Virus record (IMG/VR): IMGVR_UViG_3300010350_000237
Location: 1,052 to 65,051 of that record
Strand: one strand, 5' to 3'
From: a virus
DNA length: 64,000 nucleotides
A program made the translations under genes and the position numbers. The notes beneath the pieces were generated by a model that searched no databases, was not told the DNA's origin, and saw only the letters and a list, made by a program, of their open reading frames with translations. The stretch's first letter is position 1. Each line of letters begins with the position of its first letter. Of the stretch, positions 9,544 through 18,603 are shown one piece after another.

Positions 9544-9588
9544 TTACGATTTTCAACCTTTAACGCTTTACTTTAAAACGCTTTTATT

Positions 9589-10581
9589 ATGGCAGAAAAG
9601 ACAAATCAAACCGCAACCCAGAACCCGTTCGGAGCCCCCGACAAAGGCGATCTTCCAGTCGAAAGGACGAATTACCCGATCGTCGAATACGGGACAATGA
9701 AAACCCCGGCGAACCTGGTTAAACACATTACGAAAGCAATGATCGACGAAGCGATCGCGACGAATAAACTGGGCTTTTCATACTGGGACAAAGACCAGGG
9801 CCTTCGGGTACATTTGGGCGATAAATTTACCTTCGTCGTCCTGGAGGTTTACAGTCAAATTTCGGGACAGAAAGAAATCGGCCCGAAGACCTTCGAACGT
9901 TATTACTCAAACAAAGTAAAGGATTCCAGGTCGGAACCCTTCGCGATCTTCCGACAGGGCGATAAACCCAGGAAGCCGATCGAAAAGGGACTTTACCAGG
10001 ATTTAAAAGGCGACGAAAAGAAAGGTATTCCGTCCAGGATTCCGAAGGGCTGTTCGTTTCACCTGGTTTTCGTCGTTTACTGGCTGGAGGGTAACCGTCT
10101 TCTTAATTTGAAAGGTTCCGTTATGGTATCGAACCAGATTAAAGAAGCGATCGTCGCCGCCGAACGCGGAACCGGACGGTCGAAAAAGACTTCTGACGTA
10201 AGTCTTTTCGGGCTTGCCGATACCGGCAGTCTTTGGGGCTTTCAGTTCAAAACATACCGTCGGGTTACGAAAGAAGGCGACGAATACAAAGGGTCGGGCG
10301 ACTGTTATTTCGTTCCTGACTTTTACGCTGGCGTCGTAAAGAACGAAGGGCCGAACGCGAACCCAGACCTTTACGCGATCTGTAAATCGCACCAGGACGA
10401 CGTCCGTCTTCAATACGAACAAATGATCGAACGCCGGAAGAAGTACGGCGACGAAACTCTGGAAGGAACCGACGACGACGATACTGGAGAAACTTCGATC
10501 GACCAGGAAACCGACGCCCGGTTCCCGACTGACGAACAGACAGCACCGCCGCCGGCGTCTGGCGACGACTTACCTTTTTAA
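9589..10581 (+). CDS. Putative ssDNA-binding/annealing protein
   Basis: Acidic tail ending DDLPF; lies next to the exonuclease. Confidence 0.6.
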   Translation: MAEKTNQTATQNPFGAPDKGDLPVERTNYPIVEYGTMKTPANLVKHITKAMIDEAIATNKLGFSYWDKDQGLRVHLGDKFTFVVLEVYSQISGQKEIGPKTFERYYSNKVKDSRSEPFAIFRQGDKPRKPIEKGLYQDLKGDEKKGIPSRIPKGCSFHLVFVVYWLEGNRLLNLKGSVMVSNQIKEAIVAAERGTGRSKKTSDVSLFGLADTGSLWGFQFKTYRRVTKEGDEYKGSGDCYFVPDFYAGVVKNEGPNANPDLYAICKSHQDDVRLQYEQMIERRKKYGDETLEGTDDDDTGETSIDQETDARFPTDEQTAPPPASGDDLPF

Positions 10582-10592
10582 CCTTCCCAGGT

Positions 10593-11213
10593 ATGAAAGA
10601 CCAGGTTATTATTAAAGCCGAATCTTTCGTCGATCGGGAAGGACTTCTTCGGCTGCCGCGTGAACTTTTGAAGGGCGCGGCAGTCTTTTCCGGTAAACCT
10701 GTTATTATATCAGTCGAAGAAAAACTTCCCTTTCGGACGTTAGACCAAAACGCGTATTACTTCGCCGCGATCGTCCGTCCGATTACGGACTTCTTTATCG
10801 AACACGGCGAACCGTTTAACGAACAGATCGTTCACGACATTTTAAAGACGAAGTTCCTGGGCGTTTATCGTCAGTACCCAGGGTCTTCGGAAGTCGAACT
10901 TCTTTACGTCCGATCGTCGTCGTCGTTAAAGGTGTTCGAATTCTCTTTTTATATCGAAGACTGTATTCGTTACGCGGCCGAAGACCTGGAACTGGTTATC
11001 GAACCGCCCAGGAAGTCCAGGGCCGAATTTTCCTTCCTGGAGTACCCGAAAGAAGGGGAAAGTCGAAAACGTTACCTGAATCGAATTACTGGGTACGTCG
11101 AAGACATTACCAGGAAGGAAGACGTTCTTCGATACTTCGAACAGAACGACGACTGGAGGGAAGACGCCGATATTAAGTCGATCTTCCGAAAAAGGTACGA
11201 CGCTATCGCTTAA
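10593..11213 (+). CDS. NinB-like recombination protein
   Basis: RTLDQNAYYFA...VHDILK...SSSLKVFEFSFYIE..IRYAAE. Confidence 0.7.
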   Translation: MKDQVIIKAESFVDREGLLRLPRELLKGAAVFSGKPVIISVEEKLPFRTLDQNAYYFAAIVRPITDFFIEHGEPFNEQIVHDILKTKFLGVYRQYPGSSEVELLYVRSSSSLKVFEFSFYIEDCIRYAAEDLELVIEPPRKSRAEFSFLEYPKEGESRKRYLNRITGYVEDITRKEDVLRYFEQNDDWREDADIKSIFRKRYDAIA

Positions 11214-11234
11214 AAACGCCGGATTTATGTTAAC

Positions 11235-11272
11235 GGGCGGACTTTCGTAAAAAAAAGTTCGCCCTTCTTTTT
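11235..11272 (+). terminator. Intrinsic terminator
   Basis: GGGCGGACTT / AAGTTCGCCC stem followed by TTCTTTTT. Confidence 0.8.
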
Positions 11273-11335
11273 GTCGTTATTAAAATCCCGCCTAAATTTG
11301 TAACGTCAAACAATAACAGTTAATTTAAACGATTC
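11270..11335 (+). promoter_or_regulatory. Early promoter + conserved leader, copy 4
   Basis: TTTG(11270)-N19-TAAATTTG(11293), then TAACGTCAAACAATAACAGTTAATTTAAACGAT. Confidence 0.85.
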
Positions 11336-11339
11336 GAAA

Positions 11340-12401
11340 ATGTCATTACCGAAAGAAATTACCGTCGGACAACTTCGCGAAGAACTGAAATATCGGAGCC
11401 GCGAAGCGATGAACAAAAACTGGACGTTCGTCTTCGCTGGCGAAATCCTTCCCGAAGAACATATTAACGTGCCGTTCGATCAGGCGCTGGAATTTGTCGG
11501 GCAAATCGCTATTCCCCAAAAAGGAAGACCCGGTTCGATTACTGGGGCCGCTCAAAGACTTTTAAAAGCCTGGAAGGAACCCGTACCGGCTGAAACCTGG
11601 GAAGATTACCTGGAGGAACCGAAAGAAGACGTTCACCCGATCGAAGCCGTTCTTCGTTCCGTCGAACAGGATAAAGCGAAGAATAACGGGTTTACTCCAG
11701 TCGTACCAGGTACCGAAAAGACCTTCCAGGAAGTCGTCGAAGAAAAGAATAAAGGACAGGAACCAGGGGTTCCCGATTCGCTGGTCTGGTACCGGGTCGA
11801 ACTGGAAAAGGTTCGAAAGCAGATCGGAGAACTTTCGCACGAAGAAATTACCGGAAAGAAGGGCGCCGAACTTTTGAAAAAGTCGCGATTCCTGGAAATG
11901 AAGATCGCGTTATCGGAGAAACCAAAAAAGTCGACCTGGGAAAAGGTCGTCGACTTCTTCGCTTCGCTTACTGGTCTGGACTGGGTTTATCTGGTTACCG
12001 TCGGAATCGCCGATTACGGACTTATTGTCCTTCTTAAAGAAATGGGACTGGCGGCTGGCGTTGTTTATACCCTTATTTCGTTTCACGCTCTGGCGATGGC
12101 TCGAAGTCGGAAGTCCCAGGTTACCGCCTCCAGGGGTATCGTCGCGGTCTGGTTACTTGAATTACTGGCCTTCTTCGTTCACCTGACTTTATTTAACCGT
12201 CGTTTGTGGGGTTCGATTAACGAACTTCCTTTTAACGTTACCGAAGACCTGGGCGACGAATACCGTCCTTTTTTGATCGCGGTAATACTGGCGGTTCTGT
12301 TCAGCGCGGCGGGAATTTACGCGGTATCGACGACGCTGGCACTTTTGAAGGAACGAATCGACGCCGAAGAATACGAACTGGAACACGGAAAACAGTATTA
12401 A
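11340..12401 (+). CDS. Membrane protein (soluble N-terminus, coiled coil, about 4 C-terminal TM helices)
   Basis: Hydrophobic stretches in the last 150 aa. Confidence 0.75.
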   Translation: MSLPKEITVGQLREELKYRSREAMNKNWTFVFAGEILPEEHINVPFDQALEFVGQIAIPQKGRPGSITGAAQRLLKAWKEPVPAETWEDYLEEPKEDVHPIEAVLRSVEQDKAKNNGFTPVVPGTEKTFQEVVEEKNKGQEPGVPDSLVWYRVELEKVRKQIGELSHEEITGKKGAELLKKSRFLEMKIALSEKPKKSTWEKVVDFFASLTGLDWVYLVTVGIADYGLIVLLKEMGLAAGVVYTLISFHALAMARSRKSQVTASRGIVAVWLLELLAFFVHLTLFNRRLWGSINELPFNVTEDLGDEYRPFLIAVILAVLFSAAGIYAVSTTLALLKERIDAEEYELEHGKQY

Positions 12402-12413
12402 ACCGTCGACGAT

Positions 12414-12800
12414 ATGGATAACGCGATTATCGTTCCAGGCCCGAAGTTCGACGAAATGATCGAAAAGATCAGCTGTCAAAGTATCGCCGAAGGGAAGAAC
12501 AGCCCGACGGTAAAGTTCGGAGGAAAGACGTTCGTAATTACTTCGGCGGCTGGTACCGGAACCGGTTATTACTGGGAATCCGTCGGCGGTTACGAAGTTG
12601 TTCCCGAAGCCCTTTACCTGGGCGACCTGGTACCAATGAAGTACCAGGTTCACTTCGGGGCGGTTCTGGACGGTAAACGTCCGCGATCGTATAACGGTCT
12701 TCTTCTTACGGCTGACGGTAAACCTTTCGTTTGTATCGGCGAAAAAATCAGTTTTAAACCCAGTCTGGAGGGAAAGCAAATCGACCTTTTCAAAGATTAA
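12414..12800 (+). CDS. Hypothetical protein
   Basis: Co-oriented ORF. Confidence 0.7.
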   Translation: MDNAIIVPGPKFDEMIEKISCQSIAEGKNSPTVKFGGKTFVITSAAGTGTGYYWESVGGYEVVPEALYLGDLVPMKYQVHFGAVLDGKRPRSYNGLLLTADGKPFVCIGEKISFKPSLEGKQIDLFKD

Positions 12801-12812
12801 AATAACGTCAAA

Positions 12813-13109
12813 ATGGAAAATAACAAAAAAGAAGATTCGCTGGAATGGCGCGTTCACCCGTCCAGACTTTTCGAAGAAATTATTACCGGTACGCCGGGCG
12901 GCGCGATTTTAAAAAACCCTTTAACGATACTTTGGGAAATCCTTCGAAAGGTCGGAAAACGCGCTTCGGAACTTAACGACCCGGAACTTAACGCGTTAAT
13001 GTGCCGACTGTCGGTTTACGCGATCGCGAACCCAGACGAACAGGATTATAACCCGGAACTTACGGAAGAAATAATCGAAATCGCCAAAGCTTTAAAGGGT
13101 AAAGAATGA
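12813..13109 (+). CDS. Hypothetical protein
   Basis: Preceded by TAACGTCAAA. Confidence 0.7.
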   Translation: MENNKKEDSLEWRVHPSRLFEEIITGTPGGAILKNPLTILWEILRKVGKRASELNDPELNALMCRLSVYAIANPDEQDYNPELTEEIIEIAKALKGKE

Positions 13110-13687
13110 AACGTTTTATTCAGTTCATAACGACCCAGACGTCGTTCTTTCGTCAGTTCCTGGCGGGCGACATTCTTCCCAGTCTGGAGGAATACGGAAT
13201 CGAAGAACGACCCAGACGTAACGTCCAGGTAAAAGAAGACAGACGCGCCGAAGGTAAGGTCGTCTTCGGTACCGAATACGTTACCAGGAAATCGGACAAA
13301 GACCCGAACGTCGTCGAAACTGTCCAGGCGAATCGTCCGCCGGAATCGTCGACCGAAGTCGTCCTGGACGAATACGATATCGCGTACCTGGACGACGTCG
13401 TCGGTACAAAATGGCGTAAATCGGAGGGCCGGGCGAAGGTTATAAAATGGTTCTGGTTAAAGCGTTTATCGGCCGCCCAGATCGAACAGGAAAAGACCGA
13501 TAAGAAGACGAAAAAACTGGAAACCGGATTTTCCGAACGGACGGTCGCCGATTACATAAAAGCGTATTACGACGCCGACGACGCAAGGGCCGAAAAGGGG
13601 AAACCCAGACAGCGCGAAAGTCGATTCGTCGAAACGATCGGGAAGGAAGAAGAACCGGAAAGTAAAGAACACGTCGTCGAATGGTAA
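13106..13687 (+). CDS. Hypothetical protein, possible C-terminal HTH
   Basis: LSAAQIE...GFSERTVADYIKAY. Confidence 0.6.
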   Translation: MKRFIQFITTQTSFFRQFLAGDILPSLEEYGIEERPRRNVQVKEDRRAEGKVVFGTEYVTRKSDKDPNVVETVQANRPPESSTEVVLDEYDIAYLDDVVGTKWRKSEGRAKVIKWFWLKRLSAAQIEQEKTDKKTKKLETGFSERTVADYIKAYYDADDARAEKGKPRQRESRFVETIGKEEEPESKEHVVEW

Positions 13688-13731
13688 CGCCCCCCTATCG
13701 ACCAGAATCCCAGAATCCGTTTTTTGTATGT

Positions 13732-13830
13732 AATTCGGTGCAAACTTTTTTTGCACCCGTGAAAATCAGCCAGTTATAACAAAAAAATCGCACCGCCGAA
13801 AATGCAATTAAGGTGCAATTCGGTGCGAAA
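13732..13830. promoter_or_regulatory. Operator-like GGTGC/GCACC array
   Basis: GGTGCAAA-N5-TTTGCACC (13737-13757) plus half-sites at 13790, 13812 and 13822. Confidence 0.55.
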
Positions 13831-13842
13831 AAACCCGCGAAT

Positions 13843-14631
13843 ATGGAAAATTTAGTTTTAGAAGATCGGAAGGTCGGAACCGAAACGACGGGAAAGACGA
13901 CCTTCGAAAAGTATAACCCCGACGTCGCTGGAGTAACGAAAGAAGTAAACGGCTTAACCCTGGTCTGGGACGAAGGGGTCGAACTGTTTGTTCTTCCAGT
14001 CGGTAAGAAGTCGCCGTTCCAGATCATATTCGACGAACCGTCTGGACAGCTTATCCAGGTTCAGAACGCCGACTTTATTTATCGCGATCGGAGGGCTGAA
14101 AGTCCAGACGGAACCAAAATCCAGGAACGGGTTTTTATCGGTCGGATTCCGAAGAAAAAACCAGGGACGACCGATATCGACTTCGAAGAAATATTCCTTC
14201 CAGACCCTGACGTCCAGAAAGCGATTATTCGGGCGAAAGTCCTGGAGTTAAAGAAGGTATTTATCGAACACTTACTGGCAGTAAACCGGTTATTCCTGGT
14301 CGGTTCTGTCGTATCGATCGTCTTCTTCTTTTGGTACCTGATTACCGGACTGGATATCCTGGCCGCTGCGCTGACGATCGGCGCGGCTCCGGCGCTGGGC
14401 GAAGTTGGTTACCTTCTTGTTTGGGGCGTCGGTCTGGTCGGACTGGGATTCCTGGCGAAATACACCGTTCCGGCTCTTTTACGTCGGAGGAATACAGACG
14501 CGGAATACGAAACCGAATACGCTGGTCGGGAATCGGCCCAGAACACGACGATAAACGTAAACGTTAACCAGGGTAACCGGACGTCGGGCGATAACGGCGC
14601 CCAGGGTTACGTTAATAATCGGCAGTTATGA
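13843..14631 (+). CDS. Membrane protein (2-3 TM helices)
   Basis: ATG at 13843 preferred to the track's GTG at 13813; hydrophobic C-terminal half. Confidence 0.7.
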   Translation: MENLVLEDRKVGTETTGKTTFEKYNPDVAGVTKEVNGLTLVWDEGVELFVLPVGKKSPFQIIFDEPSGQLIQVQNADFIYRDRRAESPDGTKIQERVFIGRIPKKKPGTTDIDFEEIFLPDPDVQKAIIRAKVLELKKVFIEHLLAVNRLFLVGSVVSIVFFFWYLITGLDILAAALTIGAAPALGEVGYLLVWGVGLVGLGFLAKYTVPALLRRRNTDAEYETEYAGRESAQNTTINVNVNQGNRTSGDNGAQGYVNNRQL

Positions 14632-15221
14632 ACCTACAAATCGAACTCGAACACGCCGAACAGTCTTCGTTCTGGTTCACCTTTAAAGCGGGTAACGCCT
14701 TCGTCGCGTTGTTCTTCTTTATCCTGATCGGGAACGAACATACTGTCTTCGGATTCCTGGGGCTTGCCCTCCAGACGATCTTCCTTTTTGTACGGGTTCC
14801 GGTACTTATCGAAAAGTTCGAACACCGTTTAAAGATCGTAACCTTTAAAACACAGATCGAAAACCTTTACGTCTGTTCGATATACGAAGGACAGGAAGAC
14901 GACCTGGTCGTCGACACGTTTAACCGGACGGTCGAACTTCTTCGTCAGTCTGGGAATAACCACGAAGTCCGGGTTCACCTGCTTTTGTTTCGGGACGTTA
15001 AGACCTTTACCTGGTTCTTCGATAGTTCTGGAAAGTTGGTAAAGACGAACGACTGGAGGAAAGAAGGGTCTTCTTTCGAAACCTGGGAAGAATACCAGGA
15101 ATTCGTCGAAGACTTCAAAAGAACCGATCGCGATAAAAGACTTCGACAACTTCGAAAAGATAACGCCGGCTTCGACTGGGTTAACGAAAACGTTTTCGGA
15201 CAATGGCAAAGCGAAGCGTAA
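14628..15221 (+). CDS. Membrane protein (2 N-terminal TM helices)
   Basis: ATGA overlap; hydrophobic N-terminus. Confidence 0.7.
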   Translation: MNLQIELEHAEQSSFWFTFKAGNAFVALFFFILIGNEHTVFGFLGLALQTIFLFVRVPVLIEKFEHRLKIVTFKTQIENLYVCSIYEGQEDDLVVDTFNRTVELLRQSGNNHEVRVHLLLFRDVKTFTWFFDSSGKLVKTNDWRKEGSSFETWEEYQEFVEDFKRTDRDKRLRQLRKDNAGFDWVNENVFGQWQSEA

Positions 15222-15763
15222 AAAGGAAGACTGGACACAAAAGCCAGACGCGAATCCTGGGTAAAACATTTAATTACCTTATGGCTAACTTCCCGTTATT
15301 CTTTATAACGAAGTTCGGTATCAGCGACACGACAAAGAAACGGGTAAAGAGCGTCGACGAAACGACGCCCGGGTCGGTCTTCCTTTTAATGTCCGCCGAA
15401 CTTTTATACGGGTACCAGGCCGAACAGTTTGTTCATTCGCTTTACTGCCTGCAGAACTGGTATAATATACTTCGGACGGTCGGACTGGGTCGTCTTTGGC
15501 AGGGCTCCGGGCATACCGAATGGTTCCTTAACTTTTCGCCGATCGTCGGAATATCTGTCGCGTACCTGAATTACCGGTTTCACCTGGGACTTATACCCGA
15601 AGACTTCTTTTACTCCAGGTACGAACGGCTGGCGCTGTTCTTCTTTACTCCGATCTTTTGGCTGGACGGTATTTTGTGGCTGTTATTCTTTCGCGTCCTT
15701 CGCGCTGTCCTGGGCTTCGCCGTTATTTTTTTAATCGCTTATTTAGTTGTCAAATCGAAATAA
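15203..15763 (+). CDS. T5orf172/GIY-YIG-like domain fused to C-terminal TM helices
   Basis: TKFGISDTTKKRV...AEQFVHSLY...GSGHTEWF, then hydrophobic helices. Confidence 0.6.
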   Translation: MAKRSVKRKTGHKSQTRILGKTFNYLMANFPLFFITKFGISDTTKKRVKSVDETTPGSVFLLMSAELLYGYQAEQFVHSLYCLQNWYNILRTVGLGRLWQGSGHTEWFLNFSPIVGISVAYLNYRFHLGLIPEDFFYSRYERLALFFFTPIFWLDGILWLLFFRVLRAVLGFAVIFLIAYLVVKSK

Positions 15764-15777
15764 GTCGGCGATATTTG
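15746..15777 (+). promoter_or_regulatory. Putative promoter of the candidate sRNA
   Basis: GTTG(15746)-N20-GATATTTG(15770); same spacing as copies 1 and 5, one mismatch to TAnnTTTG. Confidence 0.5.
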
Positions 15778-15781
15778 CGGT

Positions 15782-15855
15782 ACTGAATTCGTTTATTAAC
15801 TGTTATTCAAGTTTTGACGTTAACGGCATCCGCGACCCGGCTGCCGTTTTTTTTT
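15782..15855 (+). ncRNA. Candidate trans-acting antisense sRNA against the shared early leader
   Basis: Contains the reverse complement of the leader blocks; ends in an AACGGCA/TGCCGTT hairpin + T9; no ORF. Confidence 0.55.
15822..15855 (+). terminator. Intrinsic terminator
   Basis: AACGGCA-T-CCG-loop-CGG-C-TGCCGTT, T9 at 15847-15855. Confidence 0.8.
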
Positions 15856-15864
15856 GTCCGTAGA

Positions 15865-15896
15865 TTTGCCCCTGATCGCAAAACCCGTTATATTTA
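15865..15896 (+). promoter_or_regulatory. Promoter of the replication operon
   Basis: TTTG(15865)-N20-TATATTTA(15889). Confidence 0.55.
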
Positions 15897-15930
15897 CCCC
15901 GTCAAAATCTTTTAAACGAATTCTGTATTT

Positions 15931-16791
15931 ATGAACGACTTACCATTTACGCACGTTTACGAACGCGCACGTCGGAAGATGAGGTTAAGCCGCGACGAAT
16001 ACGCCCTGGTTAATTATGTTCATACCTGGGCAGGTTACCCTGGAGGTTCGCGCCCAGGCTGGTGCGATCGAACCCTTTCACAAAAAGCGGCGTTTATCGG
16101 AGTTACCGAACGGGGTCTTACGAAGATGCAAAACCGAATGATCGACGCGACCCTTATCGAAAAAGACCCGCTTACTTCACACGTCAGGGCGACGAAAGTC
16201 TGGTTTGAAATTATCCACGACGCGAAGGTCGAAGAATCCAAAAAGGCGACCTTACTGAAGGAACAAAGTTCCGTTAATGACAGGGAACAAAGTTCCTCAA
16301 AAACAGGGAACAAAGTTCCTCAAAACGGGGAACAAAGTTCCGTTAATCCCTGGAACAAAGTTCCTATACATAATAAAGGGTTTTTATTTAACCCTATGGA
16401 ATCAGATAAAGAAGATATTATCGAAATCGAAAGTCCAGTCGAAACGATCGTCGGTCTTCTTAATCGGTTAACTGGTTCTTCATTCAGGACGAAGACGGAA
16501 GGAACGATTAAAGCGATTAACGCCCGACTTTCTGACAAGTACACGGTCGACGATATTTTACTGGTCGTCGAATACAAGGTCGAAGACTGGATTAACGACC
16601 CGGAAATGTCGAAGTATCTCCAGCCGTCGACCCTTTTCCGTCCCTCACATTTCGAAAATTATTTCCAGGCTGCCCAAAAATGGAAAGCAGCCGGAAAACC
16701 TAAAATAGTAAAAAATGGAAAGTTCCCTTCAAGTAATAACGGGCGGGTCGGCGCTGACGTTAAAGAAAGCACTTCCGGCGCTTTTAACTGA
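15931..16791 (+). CDS. Replication initiator (lambda O-like; Phg_2220_C-like C-terminal domain)
   Basis: N-terminal wHTH-like region; LNRLTGSSFR...WINDPEMSKYLQPSTLFRPSHFENYF; internal iterons. Confidence 0.85.
   Translation: MNDLPFTHVYERARRKMRLSRDEYALVNYVHTWAGYPGGSRPGWCDRTLSQKAAFIGVTERGLTKMQNRMIDATLIEKDPLTSHVRATKVWFEIIHDAKVEESKKATLLKEQSSVNDREQSSSKTGNKVPQNGEQSSVNPWNKVPIHNKGFLFNPMESDKEDIIEIESPVETIVGLLNRLTGSSFRTKTEGTIKAINARLSDKYTVDDILLVVEYKVEDWINDPEMSKYLQPSTLFRPSHFENYFQAAQKWKAAGKPKIVKNGKFPSSNNGRVGADVKESTSGAFN
16260..16400. repeat. Replication origin: five GGAACAAAGTTCC iterons followed by an AT-rich tract
   Basis: Copies at 16260, 16284, 16307, 16329, 16352 (spacing 22-24 bp); hyphenated dyad GGAAC-AAA-GTTCC. 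Confidence 0.85.
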
Positions 16792-18124
16792 CGTCCGTCG
16801 CCATGGGGCGAAAAACCTGGCGGAATCGTCCGTCGAATCTGTCGCGGTTGCGCTGGAAGGAATCGTTAAAGACCCAGTTCTTTCGAAGTTCCCGTTCGAC
16901 CAGGCGTCCTTCGTCGAAATCGTTTATCGGGTTATTCGCTCCGGCACAGTCCTGGAGCGTTCGGCGCTGGCGAAACACCTTACCCCGAAGGCAGCCTGTT
17001 TTTTCCCAAATGTCAAACGACAGACGGACGAATCGTTCGATAATATCCAGTCGATAATCGAACAGGTATTAAAACCGATGTTTCAAATTTTGGCCGATCA
17101 CTTCGGCGTTAACTTTAACGGCGACCCGGATTCTGTCGCGTATTCGATAATTCAGGAATACGGCGGACTTTCCGTCGCGGACTTCCTGATCTTCTTCGAA
17201 CGGGCGAAAACCAGACGTTACGTCCTGGATTACCAGCATATCGCCAGCCGCGGAATAAACGCCGACTTTCTGTTTTCCTGGCTCGACCAGTACGTCCAGG
17301 AAAAGACCGACGACGTCGAAGAAATGTATCAAAAATTCAAGTACCCAGACGATAAGATCGCCGACGAACCTGGAAACGTCGAACGTTTAAAGGAAATCAG
17401 AATCGCGATCGAAGTAAAACAGCGCGAACGCGCCGAACTTCTTTCCAGGGCTCAAACATTACGGGCGAACTTCGAATCCGAACTTTACGAATCGGTTCTG
17501 GTAACCCAGTATTTTAAGTTTCAGGAAGTCGAAGTTATAAAGTCTGGCGACGAAGGAATCCTGTTCGATGCTAACGGGAACCCGACCAGGGTAAAAGTTC
17601 GGCAGGAAGTAATTTGCGATTCCGGCGACCCGAATCGCGGACGAAGCGAAGTTCTTCCGTTCAGGGTTCCGAAAGACGGGTCGGTCGATCGACTTGTAAA
17701 ACGGGAACTTTTCGAATTCGTAACTTTTGGGAAGTCCAAAGAAACGGAAGAACTGTTCGGAGCTTATAAAAACCGGGTCTGGGAAAAATACCAGGACGAA
17801 GAAGGCGATACCGTCGCGCTGGTAAATTATGAAATGAAACACGCGCTTACCCAGGTATCGGCGGTTAAACGTTCGCTGGACGTCGTAACCCTGATCTTCG
17901 CAGACCTGGAGCGTAAAGGGGTTAAAGGTTCTCCAGAACAGATTCGCGGTTATGTTTCCGATACCCTCCAGGGATTCGAACAGACTTACTTCGACGATTA
18001 TCTTCCGTACTGTTTTCGGGTCAACTGCCCACCAATGACGAAAGACGAATATAACCTGTCGGTCGTCCTGGAATACCTGGTTTCCCAGGGACAGCCGAAC
18101 CCGTTTAAATCTTTATTCGAATGA
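16715..18124 (+). CDS. Replication-associated protein, possible helicase loader
   Basis: Overlaps the initiator 3' end (O/P-like layout); LSVADFLIFFERAK..Y motif. Confidence 0.45.
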   Translation: MESSLQVITGGSALTLKKALPALLTDVRRHGAKNLAESSVESVAVALEGIVKDPVLSKFPFDQASFVEIVYRVIRSGTVLERSALAKHLTPKAACFFPNVKRQTDESFDNIQSIIEQVLKPMFQILADHFGVNFNGDPDSVAYSIIQEYGGLSVADFLIFFERAKTRRYVLDYQHIASRGINADFLFSWLDQYVQEKTDDVEEMYQKFKYPDDKIADEPGNVERLKEIRIAIEVKQRERAELLSRAQTLRANFESELYESVLVTQYFKFQEVEVIKSGDEGILFDANGNPTRVKVRQEVICDSGDPNRGRSEVLPFRVPKDGSVDRLVKRELFEFVTFGKSKETEELFGAYKNRVWEKYQDEEGDTVALVNYEMKHALTQVSAVKRSLDVVTLIFADLERKGVKGSPEQIRGYVSDTLQGFEQTYFDDYLPYCFRVNCPPMTKDEYNLSVVLEYLVSQGQPNPFKSLFE

Positions 18125-18417
18125 AAAACTTAATCGTATGGGGCGCGTTTTTCGCTGTCCTGGGTATTCTGTCCCAGAACGTCGGCGACTTTCTGCAGGA
18201 ATCCGGTCTGGTTCCTTATGTCGTCGGCGGTACGATCGTTTTCGCGATCGCGTTTAAGGTCGTCGGCATAAAACCGGTAAAGGGTCGGAAGAAACGATCG
18301 ACAGTACGAAAAAAAACCTCCAGACGGAAAGTCACGAAGTCAAAGCCCCCGACAGTCGGGGCGTATCGAACGAACGGTTCGTATATTCCGCAACAGTACC
18401 GACAAAATTCTAACTAA
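18121..18417 (+). CDS. Small membrane protein with basic tail
   Basis: Two hydrophobic segments. Confidence 0.65.
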   Translation: MKNLIVWGAFFAVLGILSQNVGDFLQESGLVPYVVGGTIVFAIAFKVVGIKPVKGRKKRSTVRKKTSRRKVTKSKPPTVGAYRTNGSYIPQQYRQNSN

Positions 18418-18602
18418 TGAATCCGATATTTTTAATAATAATACTTTCTTTCGTCGCGACGCTGATCTTCGTCCTGTTCTGTCTTTTCGTTTCCTGGGCT
18501 GTCGATCACACGTCGACGTATCAACCTTACCAGGGTACGTTTATTCAGTACTTGGGCGACAAGTTTCGGACATTTATAAACCTGTTAAAAGATATCGTTT
18601 AA
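18417..18602 (+). CDS. Small membrane protein
   Basis: TAATG coupling; one TM segment. Confidence 0.65.
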   Translation: MNPIFLIIILSFVATLIFVLFCLFVSWAVDHTSTYQPYQGTFIQYLGDKFRTFINLLKDIV

Positions 18603-18603
18603 A

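Noticed and set aside
15786-15822. Minus-strand promoter/leader for an antisense gene
   Set aside because: On the minus strand TAACGTCAAA is not preceded by TAnnTTTG and no start codon/ORF follows; disfavoured, not excluded
16260-16364. Mini CRISPR array
   Set aside because: 13-bp units with only 9-11 bp spacers inside the initiator ORF; fits iterons
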